A stretch of DNA of 64,000 bases, from positions 320,001 through 384,000 of the forward strand of contig CAWJIE010000003.1 in assembly GCA_963842885.1 (NCBI GenBank). The letters run 5' to 3'. How positions within the stretch are numbered: the stretch's first letter is position 1; every line of letters starts with the position of its first letter. The position numbers and the translations under genes were made by a program. Under the pieces are notes generated by a model that saw only the letters and a program-made list of their open reading frames with translations, was not told where the DNA came from and did no database searches. This document shows, one piece after another, positions 20,427 to 29,400 of this stretch. The stretch is from an uncultured Nitrososphaerota archaeon (GTDB taxonomy: Archaea > Thermoproteota > Nitrososphaeria > Conexivisphaerales > DTJL01).

Positions 20427-21817
20427 GCGATGCCACTCTTGAGCTTCTCGTAGAACAGGCCGGCCTTCACTGCGGGCACGTGGGCTCCAGCGGCAGAGTC
20501 GTGGCCGCCGCCGTTGCCGCCCGCCATGGCCGCTGAGCGAAGCATGACGCTCCCCAGGTTGAGGGAGGGGAGTGCGCCTCTTCCCTTCCTGACGGAGAAC
20601 TTGATTTCGCCAGACTTCGTTATGGTCCTTAGGATGATGAGCTTCCCCTTCAACTGTGGCATGTTGCAAAGGGCGTTGGAAAGGGCCCCTGTCATGTTCT
20701 CCTGGACGATGCCGTCGCCGACCAGCTGGACCAGGGGGCCGTCCTGAATGACCCGCTCTTCGTCGGAAAGCAGGACGTGCAGGTACCTCATGATGGAATT
20801 GCGGAACTCCATCAACGTCTTCTCGGCGTCCGTCAGGGCCGCCCCACGATCGCCCATGCAGAGGGCGATGCCGAGGCCCGCCTTGTTCATGCGGCCTGTG
20901 GCGTCCAAAACGGAGGCGAAGTCACGAGCGTCCTTCAGGTACGTGCGCTCGTCCTCCTTCTTCAGGAGGTACACGTTTCCCCTAATGCCTGCCGCTTCGT
21001 CGCCGGAAATCTCGAGGTACGGAGTGAGAGTCAGTATGAGCTTCTCTTTCTCGTCCGACGAAAGCTCCGAAGCGACCCTCCAGCGGGACGCCTCCTTGAG
21101 CTCGAAGCCTGCCGTCTGCAGAGCTGCAAGACAGGCGTCCTTGTTTCCGGAGAGCCCCTGGATGTACGGGTCGAATGTCATGGCCACGGATTCGTGTATG
21201 GGCCGGACGCCCCGGCCGAAAAGCAGGAGGTCCTCAACCACCTCCATGCGGTCCACAGAGACAGCCTCCGTCGCCAGCTGTTCGTTGAGACCCAGGAGCG
21301 AACGTCTGGTTCCCTGGTCCTGCCTGTCCCCCAGAGCCCCCACCACCGACAGCCAAGCCATCGAGCGAGCGCCGCTGACCATGTTCGAAGCCAGGAAATA
21401 ACTCAGTCCGGCTCCGGACAGTTCGCGAGCACCGTCGAATCCGTACGAATTGACGTTGAAGACCCTGGGGTTGTCCCTTTCTTCGTCGGTGAGCTGATGG
21501 TGATCGACCAGCAGATATTTCCCCTTGAGATGCTCCTCGATGAGCGGGACGTGCCCGCTGCCGACCTCGCAGAGGACGTAGAAATCGAAACCCTCTCTGG
21601 AGATCTCCTCCAAGAGGCGTGGGTTGACGTCGGCTATGGCGCGAGCTGTAAAGATCCCGTCGTCCTGCGCCAGGGCCCTCGCAAGGACACCCATCGACGC
21701 GATGCCGTCGGCGTCGATGTGGCCCAACATCATTATGCTGGCCTTCTGCTTTGCTAGTTCCTTGAGATTGAGACCCTTCTCCGAAGCCGCTCGACGCAAA
21801 GCATCGACGTCAGGCAT
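20423..21817 (-). CDS. DHH family phosphoesterase (RecJ-like)
   Basis: HIDADG, DHH, GALGD.QD, GGGH. Confidence 0.9.
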   Translation of the reverse strand: MPDVDALRRAASEKGLNLKELAKQKASIMMLGHIDADGIASMGVLARALAQDDGIFTARAIADVNPRLLEEISREGFDFYVLCEVGSGHVPLIEEHLKGKYLLVDHHQLTDEERDNPRVFNVNSYGFDGARELSGAGLSYFLASNMVSGARSMAWLSVVGALGDRQDQGTRRSLLGLNEQLATEAVSVDRMEVVEDLLLFGRGVRPIHESVAMTFDPYIQGLSGNKDACLAALQTAGFELKEASRWRVASELSSDEKEKLILTLTPYLEISGDEAAGIRGNVYLLKKEDERTYLKDARDFASVLDATGRMNKAGLGIALCMGDRGAALTDAEKTLMEFRNSIMRYLHVLLSDEERVIQDGPLVQLVGDGIVQENMTGALSNALCNMPQLKGKLIILRTITKSGEIKFSVRKGRGALPSLNLGSVMLRSAAMAGGNGGGHDSAAGAHVPAVKAGLFYEKLKSGIA

Positions 21818-21827
21818 TGTGCCGGCA

Positions 21828-22286
21828 TCACGCCAGCTGTGCTACCTGTGCGCTGTACTTCCACTCCTTGGGAAGTGCACCCGTCTTCTTGTAGTACAAT
21901 GACAGGCGGTGGACGGAGGCCTCCAGGAGCTCCAGTGAATGTACGTTCTTCTTGTCGGCCCTGTGCACCTTCAGGTGAGCTTGGAGACGGCGGGCCTTTG
22001 AGATCAGGTTCCCCAAGTCCTCGGGGATGGGAGGAGCCAGACCCGCCTTCTGAAGAACTTCGGTCACGTTCTTGCCTATGAGTTTCTTCGAAAGCGGAAC
22101 GCCATACTCGTCCCTGAGCCTCACTCCGATAACGCTTGGAGAGGAGCCCTCCTTCGCCAGCTTTACGATGATCGATTCGACGGATTCCGCGTTGTAGTTA
22201 ATCCACTGGGTGGATATGATCGAGGGCGGCCGGCTCGAATGGGACTTCCCATGGCGATGACTGTGTCTCCTAGCCATGTCCTTCAA
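21828..22286 (-). CDS. rps15: 30S ribosomal protein S15 (uS15/S13e)
   Basis: MARRH..RHGKS.S.RP, IG..LRD.YGVP, PEDL. Confidence 0.96.
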   Translation of the reverse strand: MKDMARRHSHRHGKSHSSRPPSIISTQWINYNAESVESIIVKLAKEGSSPSVIGVRLRDEYGVPLSKKLIGKNVTEVLQKAGLAPPIPEDLGNLISKARRLQAHLKVHRADKKNVHSLELLEASVHRLSLYYKKTGALPKEWKYSAQVAQLA

Positions 22287-22334
22287 ACCTCCCTAACTCC
22301 AGCATATAACAATTCCTCTTGAGCAAGGGGGGAG

Positions 22335-22898
22335 TCATCGCGTGACCCAAGACCCCAGCCTCCGGAAGGCGAGAGCACGATGAGAGACCCTGCTCTTCTC
22401 CTCGAGCGTCATCTGCGCGAAGGTCCTGCTGTGGCCGGAGGGGACGAAGATCGGATCGAATCCAAAGCCTCCTTCGCCCCTGGCCTCCTCCGAGATCGTG
22501 CCGTGTACCCTACCGGTGAAGATCCAAACTTGGTCAGGCGGCACGCCGTACGCCACTGCCGCGTCGAAATAGGCCGACCGATCCTCCTCCCCTTCGAGGA
22601 GCTTCAGGATCCCCTGATTCCCTATGGTGCCGAAGGCGTGGGACGCCAGGGCTCCGGGGAAGCCCTTCAAGGCCTTGACGCACAGCCCCGTGTCCTCCAC
22701 CACGAGGGGTCTGCCGAACGAGGGGAGGGCTGCCTCCAGAGAGGTCTTTGCCACCTTAACCGGATCCAAGCTCTGAATCTCGTCGCCCTTTACGTCCTGG
22801 CCGACGAGCACAACTCCGAACTCCTTCAGCACGAAATTGGCCTCTGCCAGCTTGTGCATGTTGGAAGTGGCCATCACTATTTCCAAACTACTCTCCAC
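22335..22898 (-). CDS. rdgB: XTP/dITP diphosphatase (Ham1/RdgB)
   Basis: TSN.HK, EDTGL, GFGFDPIF, SHR. Confidence 0.93.
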   Translation of the reverse strand: MESSLEIVMATSNMHKLAEANFVLKEFGVVLVGQDVKGDEIQSLDPVKVAKTSLEAALPSFGRPLVVEDTGLCVKALKGFPGALASHAFGTIGNQGILKLLEGEEDRSAYFDAAVAYGVPPDQVWIFTGRVHGTISEEARGEGGFGFDPIFVPSGHSRTFAQMTLEEKSRVSHRALAFRRLGSWVTR

Positions 22899-23529
22899 TC
22901 CATTCGGACCTGGCGTACCTTCCCCTGCGCTCTATGTCGGCGGCTCGTTCCCATATCTGTTCCGCGACGGCGCCACCCCTCTCCTCGAAGTAGCCTCCTC
23001 TGAAGGCTTCGATGGCGCCCCTGCTAACTGGGCTGTGGGCGCTCTGGAATACCTCCTTAACCAGATGGAGGTCTACCGCCAGATCCTCGACGGCCTCCGA
23101 CCTGTGGGAGAGCCCGAAGTCAATCACGGCCATCCTGCCCTTGGAAAGGATGAAGTTGGAGGTGGTGGGATCCCCATGAACGACGCCGTGGGAATGAAGG
23201 CGCGCGAGGTAGGAGCCCATGACGGCGCACAGGTCGGTCCTGGGATGATCCCCCGCAAGAAGCTCCTTCAGCCTCGGACCTTCCAGATACTGCATGACTA
23301 TGGTGTAGGCCTTTGAATCGACATGAAAGACCAGCGGAGTTGCGACGCCCATCGCCTTCGAGGCGCTGAGGAGTTCGGCTTCATGAAGTGTCCGGGCTGC
23401 CCTCATCCGGTCGTCCAACTCCTCCTGCATGTAAAGCCTCCTGGTCCTCACCTTGAACACCGCTGGATAGTCCAGCCACCTGCCGAGGAGGATGTCGGCC
23501 TCGGCCCCCCTCCTGATCAGTCTCGCCAA
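22888..23529 (-). CDS. bud32: KEOPS kinase Bud32
   Basis: GAEA, RTLHEA, HGDPTTSN, IDFGL, RGRY; TTG start at 23529. Confidence 0.93.
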   Translation of the reverse strand: MARLIRRGAEADILLGRWLDYPAVFKVRTRRLYMQEELDDRMRAARTLHEAELLSASKAMGVATPLVFHVDSKAYTIVMQYLEGPRLKELLAGDHPRTDLCAVMGSYLARLHSHGVVHGDPTTSNFILSKGRMAVIDFGLSHRSEAVEDLAVDLHLVKEVFQSAHSPVSRGAIEAFRGGYFEERGGAVAEQIWERAADIERRGRYARSEWSGE

Positions 23530-24524
23530 GGCACATCCACCGTATCCAACCGCCACGCCTGGCGCACGAAACCTGCAGATGGAATAACGGAGACGCCAGA
23601 TTCGAAATGACGCAGTCCTGCCCATGCAATCTGCGCGCCGCAGTCGCCGGAGAAGGCAGGAGGGGAACCCGCCGATTTGGCTTCCTGTCTCTTTGCGACG
23701 CAATCGATCATCGACATGAGCCTCCTGTTGGCGGAGACGCCGCCCACCACCAGGAGCTCACTCCTTTCGGAGAAGGCCAGGGCCCTTTCCGCGACTTCGC
23801 ACAGCATGGCGTAGGCGTGCTCCTGGAGAGAGTAGGCCAGATCATCGTTGCTGCTGACCCCTGCCTGGTTCTTCGCGGCCGTGAGGAGGCCGGAGAACGA
23901 AACGTCATTGCCCTTCACGACGTATGGAAGCTGCACCAGCTCCGTGCCCTTCAGGGCCATCTTCTCAATGGCCGGACCGCACGGGCTGCCCAGCCCGATG
24001 TGGCGGCCGAACTGGTCCAGCAGCTGCCCTATGGTGATGTCGAGCGTCTCCCCGAAGATCCTCCACCGGTGCCCCGCTGGGACGACGACGGCGGTGTGCC
24101 CCCCGGAGACGAGGAGGCAGACGGGCGACGACATTGAACACAGCAGAGAACCCAGCTCAAGGTGGCCTACGGCGTGGTTCACAGGGACGAGAGGCTTCCG
24201 GTAGTACGAGCTGAGGGACCTGGCCACGACGGCGCCCACCCTAAGGCAAGGTCCGAGGCCGGGGCCCGCAGAATATGCGACGAAATCCAGCTCGGAGGCC
24301 CTGATCTTCGCCCTTTGGAAGCAATCCCTGAGGACCGTAGGAGCCACTTCGGCATGATGCCTGGAGGCTTCGCGTGGATGGATCCCAGAACCGGGGGGAG
24401 CCTTGTAGACGTCCCGGCAGTCGGCCAACACCTTGCCGTCGGAGTCCATGACGGAGGCGCCGAAGGTGTGGGCGGTGCTCTCGATGCCCAGGCCCATCAG
24501 ACGGGCGCCTCGTCTTTGTGACAT
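23517..24524 (-). CDS. kae1: tRNA N6-threonylcarbamoyltransferase Kae1
   Basis: GIESTAHT, GPGLGPCL, VNHAVGH, VSGGHT, GETLD. Confidence 0.96.
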   Translation of the reverse strand: MSQRRGARLMGLGIESTAHTFGASVMDSDGKVLADCRDVYKAPPGSGIHPREASRHHAEVAPTVLRDCFQRAKIRASELDFVAYSAGPGLGPCLRVGAVVARSLSSYYRKPLVPVNHAVGHLELGSLLCSMSSPVCLLVSGGHTAVVVPAGHRWRIFGETLDITIGQLLDQFGRHIGLGSPCGPAIEKMALKGTELVQLPYVVKGNDVSFSGLLTAAKNQAGVSSNDDLAYSLQEHAYAMLCEVAERALAFSERSELLVVGGVSANRRLMSMIDCVAKRQEAKSAGSPPAFSGDCGAQIAWAGLRHFESGVSVIPSAGFVRQAWRLDTVDVPWRD

Positions 24525-24594
24525 CGGGCTTCGAGCTGTTGCCGCTGAAGATAACCTTTATCTTAGATGGGCATCAAGTTGGCTCCGTCAAGGC

Positions 24595-25005
24595 ATGAAA
24601 GCGAAGTCCGCCGAAGTCTCATTCCACCTCCATATGACGGAGGATGAGGTCAGGGTTGGGGAGGCCTTGAAGGAGACCTTGGGAGTCGAGGCGACGACGT
24701 CGGAGGCTCTTTACGGTCATAACGGGAACCTCATACTGGACACCAGGGCTTCGCTGACGCAGCCGGAGGCTGAGGCGCTCCTGAGGAGAGTGCTTGGGGG
24801 GCTCAGCCCATCCGACAAGGCTCGTCTGCTAGGGGAGCTGCGGGGGCACATCGACGAGACGGGCACCTTTTTTCTGCGATTGGACAAGCAGGAGATGCTC
24901 CTGGGGCATCTCGTGATGGCGGAGTCGGACGCCATAAGGATACGGATTAGGCTCGATGGTAAGGGAGAGGGGGCCGAGGAAGTGATCAAGGAATGCTTGA
25001 TCTGA
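24595..25005 (+). CDS. DUF54 family RNA-binding protein
   Basis: HMTED, GHNGN, FFLRLDKQ. Confidence 0.85.
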   Translation: MKAKSAEVSFHLHMTEDEVRVGEALKETLGVEATTSEALYGHNGNLILDTRASLTQPEAEALLRRVLGGLSPSDKARLLGELRGHIDETGTFFLRLDKQEMLLGHLVMAESDAIRIRIRLDGKGEGAEEVIKECLI

Positions 25006-25598
25006 ACAGCGTCGAACTGTGCATCAGGCCATCCAAGCCGTTTGGCGACTGGGTAAAGGCCTTGAAGCTGTTTGGCTATTCAGTGGTGGGCTTGGATCTC
25101 AAGGAGGATGAAGCTCTTGGGTTCCAAGTCGAGTCAGGGTATGATCTCAAGTGCTTCCTGCGGACTCCTGGCGGCCGGCTCCCTTCGGTGGATTCCTGTC
25201 ACCTGGCCGAAGCATCGAAGCGTAGGAAGCCTCCCTCCCTTTTGGTCGTCGGGCTGGCCGATGGCGTCGATGGAATCGATGCGTTCTTAGGTGCCCACCC
25301 CAACCGGGTCGAAGCCCTGGAGTTGAGCATCGGCGAGGTGCGCGTGGCATATGAGGAAGACCCCCGGAGGGCGTTCGAGTGGACCTCCAGTCTGTCCCGG
25401 GCGGCCGGAGCCAGGGGCATCCCCATCTTGGGGTCCTCCTCTGCTTTGCTCCCCGGAGGGCTCGTTACGCCCCTCACCAAGAAGGCCTTCGCTGCCATGC
25501 TGAAGACCAATCATCGCTCTGTAGGCATCCGCGAAAGGAAGTTCCTGAAGAGGCTGGAGCAGATCGCCTTGACGCGTCTGATGGTGAGTGAGAGCTGA
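24993..25598 (+). CDS. Probable RNase P subunit Rpp30, highly divergent
   Basis: Position between DUF54 and Pop5; LFGYSVVG, LELSI, PILGSSSA resemble Rpp30 PHP-barrel elements. Confidence 0.6.
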   Translation: MLDLNSVELCIRPSKPFGDWVKALKLFGYSVVGLDLKEDEALGFQVESGYDLKCFLRTPGGRLPSVDSCHLAEASKRRKPPSLLVVGLADGVDGIDAFLGAHPNRVEALELSIGEVRVAYEEDPRRAFEWTSSLSRAAGARGIPILGSSSALLPGGLVTPLTKKAFAAMLKTNHRSVGIRERKFLKRLEQIALTRLMVSES

Positions 25599-25918
25599 GG
25601 CTCGTCAAGCGGTATTTCGCGGTGTTGGCTACTGGCGCCGGAGAGCATCGTCCCGGCCCCATCAGAGACAACCTCGCGCGGCTCTACGGCGTGACGTCTG
25701 CCCATGAGGTCACGCTCAAGGTGGTGGAGGCTCGCGAGTGGGGCTTCGTCCTGAGAGCGCTGATGCGCGAAGGGAGCTCCACGGAGAAGGTGGTAATGGC
25801 GTTGAGCTTCACAAGGGACGACGATGGCTGGCTGCGTCCGCTCCATTGCTCCGGCACGCTTAAGGCGCTCAGAACAAAACTTAAAGAAGCCGGGCTTTTC
25901 AGTTCAAGATCGGGATGA
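25595..25918 (+). CDS. Probable RNase P subunit Pop5/Rpp14, divergent; apparent CTG start
   Basis: KRYFAV, LYG, SGTLKALR motifs. Confidence 0.7.
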   Translation: MRLVKRYFAVLATGAGEHRPGPIRDNLARLYGVTSAHEVTLKVVEAREWGFVLRALMREGSSTEKVVMALSFTRDDDGWLRPLHCSGTLKALRTKLKEAGLFSSRSG

Positions 25919-25978
25919 AGTTATCGCCGTCCCAGGCTGAGCCCCAAAGGCGTTGAAGACCTCGCGACGAACTGACCC
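25912..25978 (+). ncRNA. Box C/D guide sRNA
   Basis: GGG/CCC terminal stem, box C-like ATGAAGT, D' CTGA 25937-40, C' TTGAAGA 25953-59, 12-nt guide, D CTGA 25972-75. Confidence 0.7.
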
Positions 25979-26046
25979 AAAAGAACGCTTGAATTCGATG
26001 CGTCCGTCTTGCGGACCGAGTCGCACGTCCGGTAGCCATGACCCAG

Positions 26047-26316
26047 CTAGAAGGAGATACCGAAGCCAGAAAGGACGACAGAGTCCTCTTCAGGCGTCAC
26101 CTCGATTCGCTCCACGGAGGCCGAAGGCGGGCCCTTCCTGCACCTCTCCAAAGCATAGTTGACGTCGGCCTCCGCGCCGTCGAAGAGAGCTTCAACTGAC
26201 CCGTCATCCAAGTTGCGCACCCAGCCCTTCAACTGCGATGACTGGGCCACCTCCATGACATAGTATCGGAAGCCCACTCCCTGGACTGAGCCATAGATCC
26301 TCACTCGCACCCTCAA
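26047..26316 (-). CDS. acyP: Acylphosphatase
   Basis: G.VQGVGFR, GWVRN..DGSVE. Confidence 0.95.
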   Translation of the reverse strand: MRVRVRIYGSVQGVGFRYYVMEVAQSSQLKGWVRNLDDGSVEALFDGAEADVNYALERCRKGPPSASVERIEVTPEEDSVVLSGFGISF

Positions 26317-26379
26317 CCGCGACCGCTGAGCAGACCATGGGCAGTTGGGCTAATACGTCTAGCCGCCGAAGGGCGGCGC

Positions 26380-26793
26380 CTAGGTGATTTCCCTGAGGAT
26401 GATGATAGTGTTCGTGGTAGCCACGCCGTCGGCGCGGCGTATCTGGTCGATGCTGCCGTTGACCTCGGCGATGTTGGTTCCGGTGATAAGCACGGCGATG
26501 TCATACTGTCCGGTGATTTCGTACACGCGCTGAACCGCAGGCAGGGCCTTTATCCTGGCAGAAACATCACTCGTCGGCGTGGAGGGCGCAACGGCGACCA
26601 GGGTCAGGGCGCTCGCCGCCTGTCCCACCTCTATGTCGATGGTGAAGCGCTTGATGATGTTCAGCTCCTGGAGTCTCTTCACTCGCCTTCTGACGGCTGC
26701 TTCGGAGAGGCCTACGTTAGAACCAAGATCGACGAATGAAAGACGAGCGTCGTGCTTAAGAAGCTCGAGGAGCTTCTTGTCGACTTCGTCCAT
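26380..26793 (-). CDS. Lrp/AsnC regulator, LysM-like
   Basis: HTH LSEAAVRRRV, IKRFT, YEITGQYDI. Confidence 0.9.
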   Translation of the reverse strand: MDEVDKKLLELLKHDARLSFVDLGSNVGLSEAAVRRRVKRLQELNIIKRFTIDIEVGQAASALTLVAVAPSTPTSDVSARIKALPAVQRVYEITGQYDIAVLITGTNIAEVNGSIDQIRRADGVATTNTIIILREIT

Positions 26794-26912
26794 GCCGAAT
26801 CAGGAAGCATTTTGCCCGTTGCGGAATTAAAACCTTTCCTTCCGATTTGGATACGTCGGCCCCCTGAGGCACTTGGAATCATCTGCATCATATCACGATG
26901 ACCTATGCAGGC

Positions 26913-27371
26913 TCACGGAGGGATTAGATACGCCCTGAGCTCCCCTTCGGACCCGGAGGCCAGCAAGGCCACCATCGGCCTCGGAACGTCACAGGCAGCA
27001 GCTGTCGATTTGACGGCGAGAGTCCGTGAGCAGAAATACGTGCTTCGGCGGATGACCATGCTCAAGGGGTGGGTGAGCGTCAGCGAGCTCGAGCCGCAGG
27101 CTCCGAAATCGAAGCTCTTCCCTTCAACGTCAATGACGAATCTCAGCCTGGAGCTGTCCCTGCAGATGAAGGCCTTTGCGTCGTCCGTCAGGTCCTTGCA
27201 GGCCGAATCGGCTCTCACTCCCAGGATGCAGTCTCCCTGCAGGGTGAGGAAGTCCTCCCGCGTCACTTCCAGGGTCATCCTGTTCGTGGCTCGGACGTTC
27301 GGATGACCCTTGAAGCGGACTGTCAGGATTGGCTCCAACGACGCGCACCCTTCAGTAGCTGTCCTGCCCAA
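26913..27371 (-). CDS. DUF371 protein
   Basis: GHPNVRAT..TLEVTRE, GDCILGV, SMVIRRS. Confidence 0.88.
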   Translation of the reverse strand: MGRTATEGCASLEPILTVRFKGHPNVRATNRMTLEVTREDFLTLQGDCILGVRADSACKDLTDDAKAFICRDSSRLRFVIDVEGKSFDFGACGSSSLTLTHPLSMVIRRSTYFCSRTLAVKSTAAACDVPRPMVALLASGSEGELRAYLIPP

Positions 27372-28023
27372 CGAGCGGGACGAAGACGCAGCCTCCCAGG
27401 TCCTCTTCGACGAAGCGGTCGGCAGAGGCCCGGACCAGCCTGATCAAGTTCTGATAGCCCAAGGGCCCCAACGGGATGAGCAGGACGCCGCCGACCTTGA
27501 GCTGCTTCTTCAGAGCTGCTGGGATTCGGGGGGCAGCAGCGGTCACCACTATGCCGTCGTAGAGCCCCTCGGTCCCAGATGAGTCCCCCAGGGTTCCGTC
27601 ACGGAGCACCACCTCGACCCTGCTAGAGTACCCCGCACGCGCCAGGTTCCTGCTCGCGAAGTCGAAAAGCTCCGGAACCCGTTCCAAAGAAACGACCTTG
27701 CCTCGTCTCGCATCGGGCGGCGCCACCATCTCGGCGAGGAGCGCCGCGTTGTATCCGCTCCCGGTGCCCACTTCAAGGATGACGTCTCCTGGCTTCGGCC
27801 TCAGGGCTTCCAGCATGATGACCACCATGTGCGGAGCCGAGATGGTCTGACCAGTGTCGCCCAGAGCCAGCGGCATATCAAAGTATGCTTGCTCTTCCGT
27901 TCCCGGCCAAACGAACATCTCCCTCTTCACGCTCATGAACGCCTTCCTCACCTGTTCGGACCTAAGGAGGCCTTCTGCGGCCAAGCTGTCGGCGAGCATG
28001 CTCCTCTCGTCATGGAATCCCAA
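27352..28023 (-). CDS. pcm: Protein-L-isoaspartate O-methyltransferase
   Basis: GQTISAPHM, LEVGTGSGY, FVPLVG. Confidence 0.95.
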   Translation of the reverse strand: MGFHDERSMLADSLAAEGLLRSEQVRKAFMSVKREMFVWPGTEEQAYFDMPLALGDTGQTISAPHMVVIMLEALRPKPGDVILEVGTGSGYNAALLAEMVAPPDARRGKVVSLERVPELFDFASRNLARAGYSSRVEVVLRDGTLGDSSGTEGLYDGIVVTAAAPRIPAALKKQLKVGGVLLIPLGPLGYQNLIRLVRASADRFVEEDLGGCVFVPLVGQDSY

Positions 28024-28026
28024 ATG

Positions 28027-29055
28027 CTACCCGAACCACCTTTCGAGGCTCTCGCTCTTCCCCTTCGAAGCCTCCTTCACCCTCTTCACGGCGGCCTGGA
28101 CCCTGTCGGGGGAGAAGTCGTGCTTGTCGCAGAGTAGCGATCTGACGCCGTCAGAGTCGATCTCGCCCCAGGTCACCTCCTTCATGTCCGCCACGGCCGG
28201 CTTCAGGAAGATGTCCCGAATCTGTTCGTATTGAGATTGAGCCAGCTCCGCCTTGATAGGATCGACCCGGTCGAGGGAGCCGTAGCTGTGTATGTACTTC
28301 AACGCAGTCACCGTACCTACGCCCTTGAACCCGTCAGGGTTGAAGTCCGTGCCCAAGAGGATACCGAGGTCGACGAGCTGCAAACGGTCGACCGAAAGCT
28401 CCTTGAAGACGTCCTCGAGCTTCACCATCTCCGGCGTGACGTCGATGTAGACGTTCTTCCCGGGGAGCTTCCTCCTCCCAGATACGGTCAGGTTCCTCAC
28501 CAGACGTGGAGAGCCGAAGAGGAGGGAGTCGTAGTCCTGCGAGACCGAGGCCCAGGCAACGCCAGTGGCAGCCAGATGGGCAGCTTCGCATTCCCCTTCG
28601 GAGGGGGCCTGCACCGAAGGGAGGCCCATCAGCTTGAGGAGCTCCTTCGACTCTGCGACCATGGATTCGTCCAGCCGGACGGACATGGAGCCGTACTTGC
28701 GCATACCTTCGGTGTCTCCTTTCACCTGAGCCTCCTGGTAGAGCTCGTACGCCTTCCTCTTCACTTCTCCCCTTCTGAATATCTCTTCACGTTTGAGCTG
28801 GGGTGGCTTGCCGTCGAAGACATAGAGGGGCTGAATGCCGTTCTCCAGGAAGTTGCAGGTACGGTAAAAAAGGCCACTAAGATGGCTGGTGATTCTCCCC
28901 TCCCTGTCCATGAGAGGGTCGCCGCCCTCGCCCCTTATCACGGCCAAGAACTGGTAGAGCGCGTTGTAGGCATCGATGGCTATGACGCGCCTGTACAGGT
29001 CTTCCAGCTTGATGGGGAATCTGCTCTTGACAAGGGGACCCAGGTCTACGCCCAT
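28027..29055 (-). CDS. fen: Flap endonuclease 1
   Basis: MGV, DAYNALYQF, SQDYD, GTDFN, PIP-like SLERWF. Confidence 0.97.
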   Translation of the reverse strand: MGVDLGPLVKSRFPIKLEDLYRRVIAIDAYNALYQFLAVIRGEGGDPLMDREGRITSHLSGLFYRTCNFLENGIQPLYVFDGKPPQLKREEIFRRGEVKRKAYELYQEAQVKGDTEGMRKYGSMSVRLDESMVAESKELLKLMGLPSVQAPSEGECEAAHLAATGVAWASVSQDYDSLLFGSPRLVRNLTVSGRRKLPGKNVYIDVTPEMVKLEDVFKELSVDRLQLVDLGILLGTDFNPDGFKGVGTVTALKYIHSYGSLDRVDPIKAELAQSQYEQIRDIFLKPAVADMKEVTWGEIDSDGVRSLLCDKHDFSPDRVQAAVKRVKEASKGKSESLERWFG

Positions 29056-29090
29056 GGTCTTGTAGCCAGCCAGAAAGGCCGAGAAGTCTC

Positions 29091-29342
29091 TTATGTGCTT
29101 TCCTGACGAGCAGGTTCCGCCTTCGGCTCGCGATATTCGATACGGCGTCTCTCCTTGTCCATCCAGCTCACGGTGATGAGCCCCCGGATCTCGAGCCTCA
29201 GCAGGACGTCGTTGAGCTCATCCATGTCCATCTCCTTGGTCTTTCGTAGCTCGTTGAGGAGGTCCACGTCGGTGGTGACCTTCATGGACCTTATCTTCTC
29301 GTCGACCGCTGCAGCGGCGCTATCTACCATTATCAGAAACAC
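29091..29342 (-). CDS. Small winged-helix-like conserved protein
   Basis: ELN..LL.LEIRGLI.V pattern; between cdc48 and fen1. Confidence 0.7.
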   Translation of the reverse strand: MFLIMVDSAAAAVDEKIRSMKVTTDVDLLNELRKTKEMDMDELNDVLLRLEIRGLITVSWMDKERRRIEYREPKAEPARQEST

Positions 29343-29400
29343 CGTTCAGAACGTCGTTTCACTGGCGTCCGCGCAGGCTTATTAAAGTTGTTGCGGGGTT

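Noticed and set aside
23517-23703. Long Kae1/Bud32 overlap or fusion
   Set aside because: Bud32 homology starts at TTG 23529; the extension is open-frame carry-over.
18209-24524. KEOPS-rdgB-rps15-DHH-serS-rps3ae cluster as a new system
   Set aside because: Well-known conserved archaeal superoperon.
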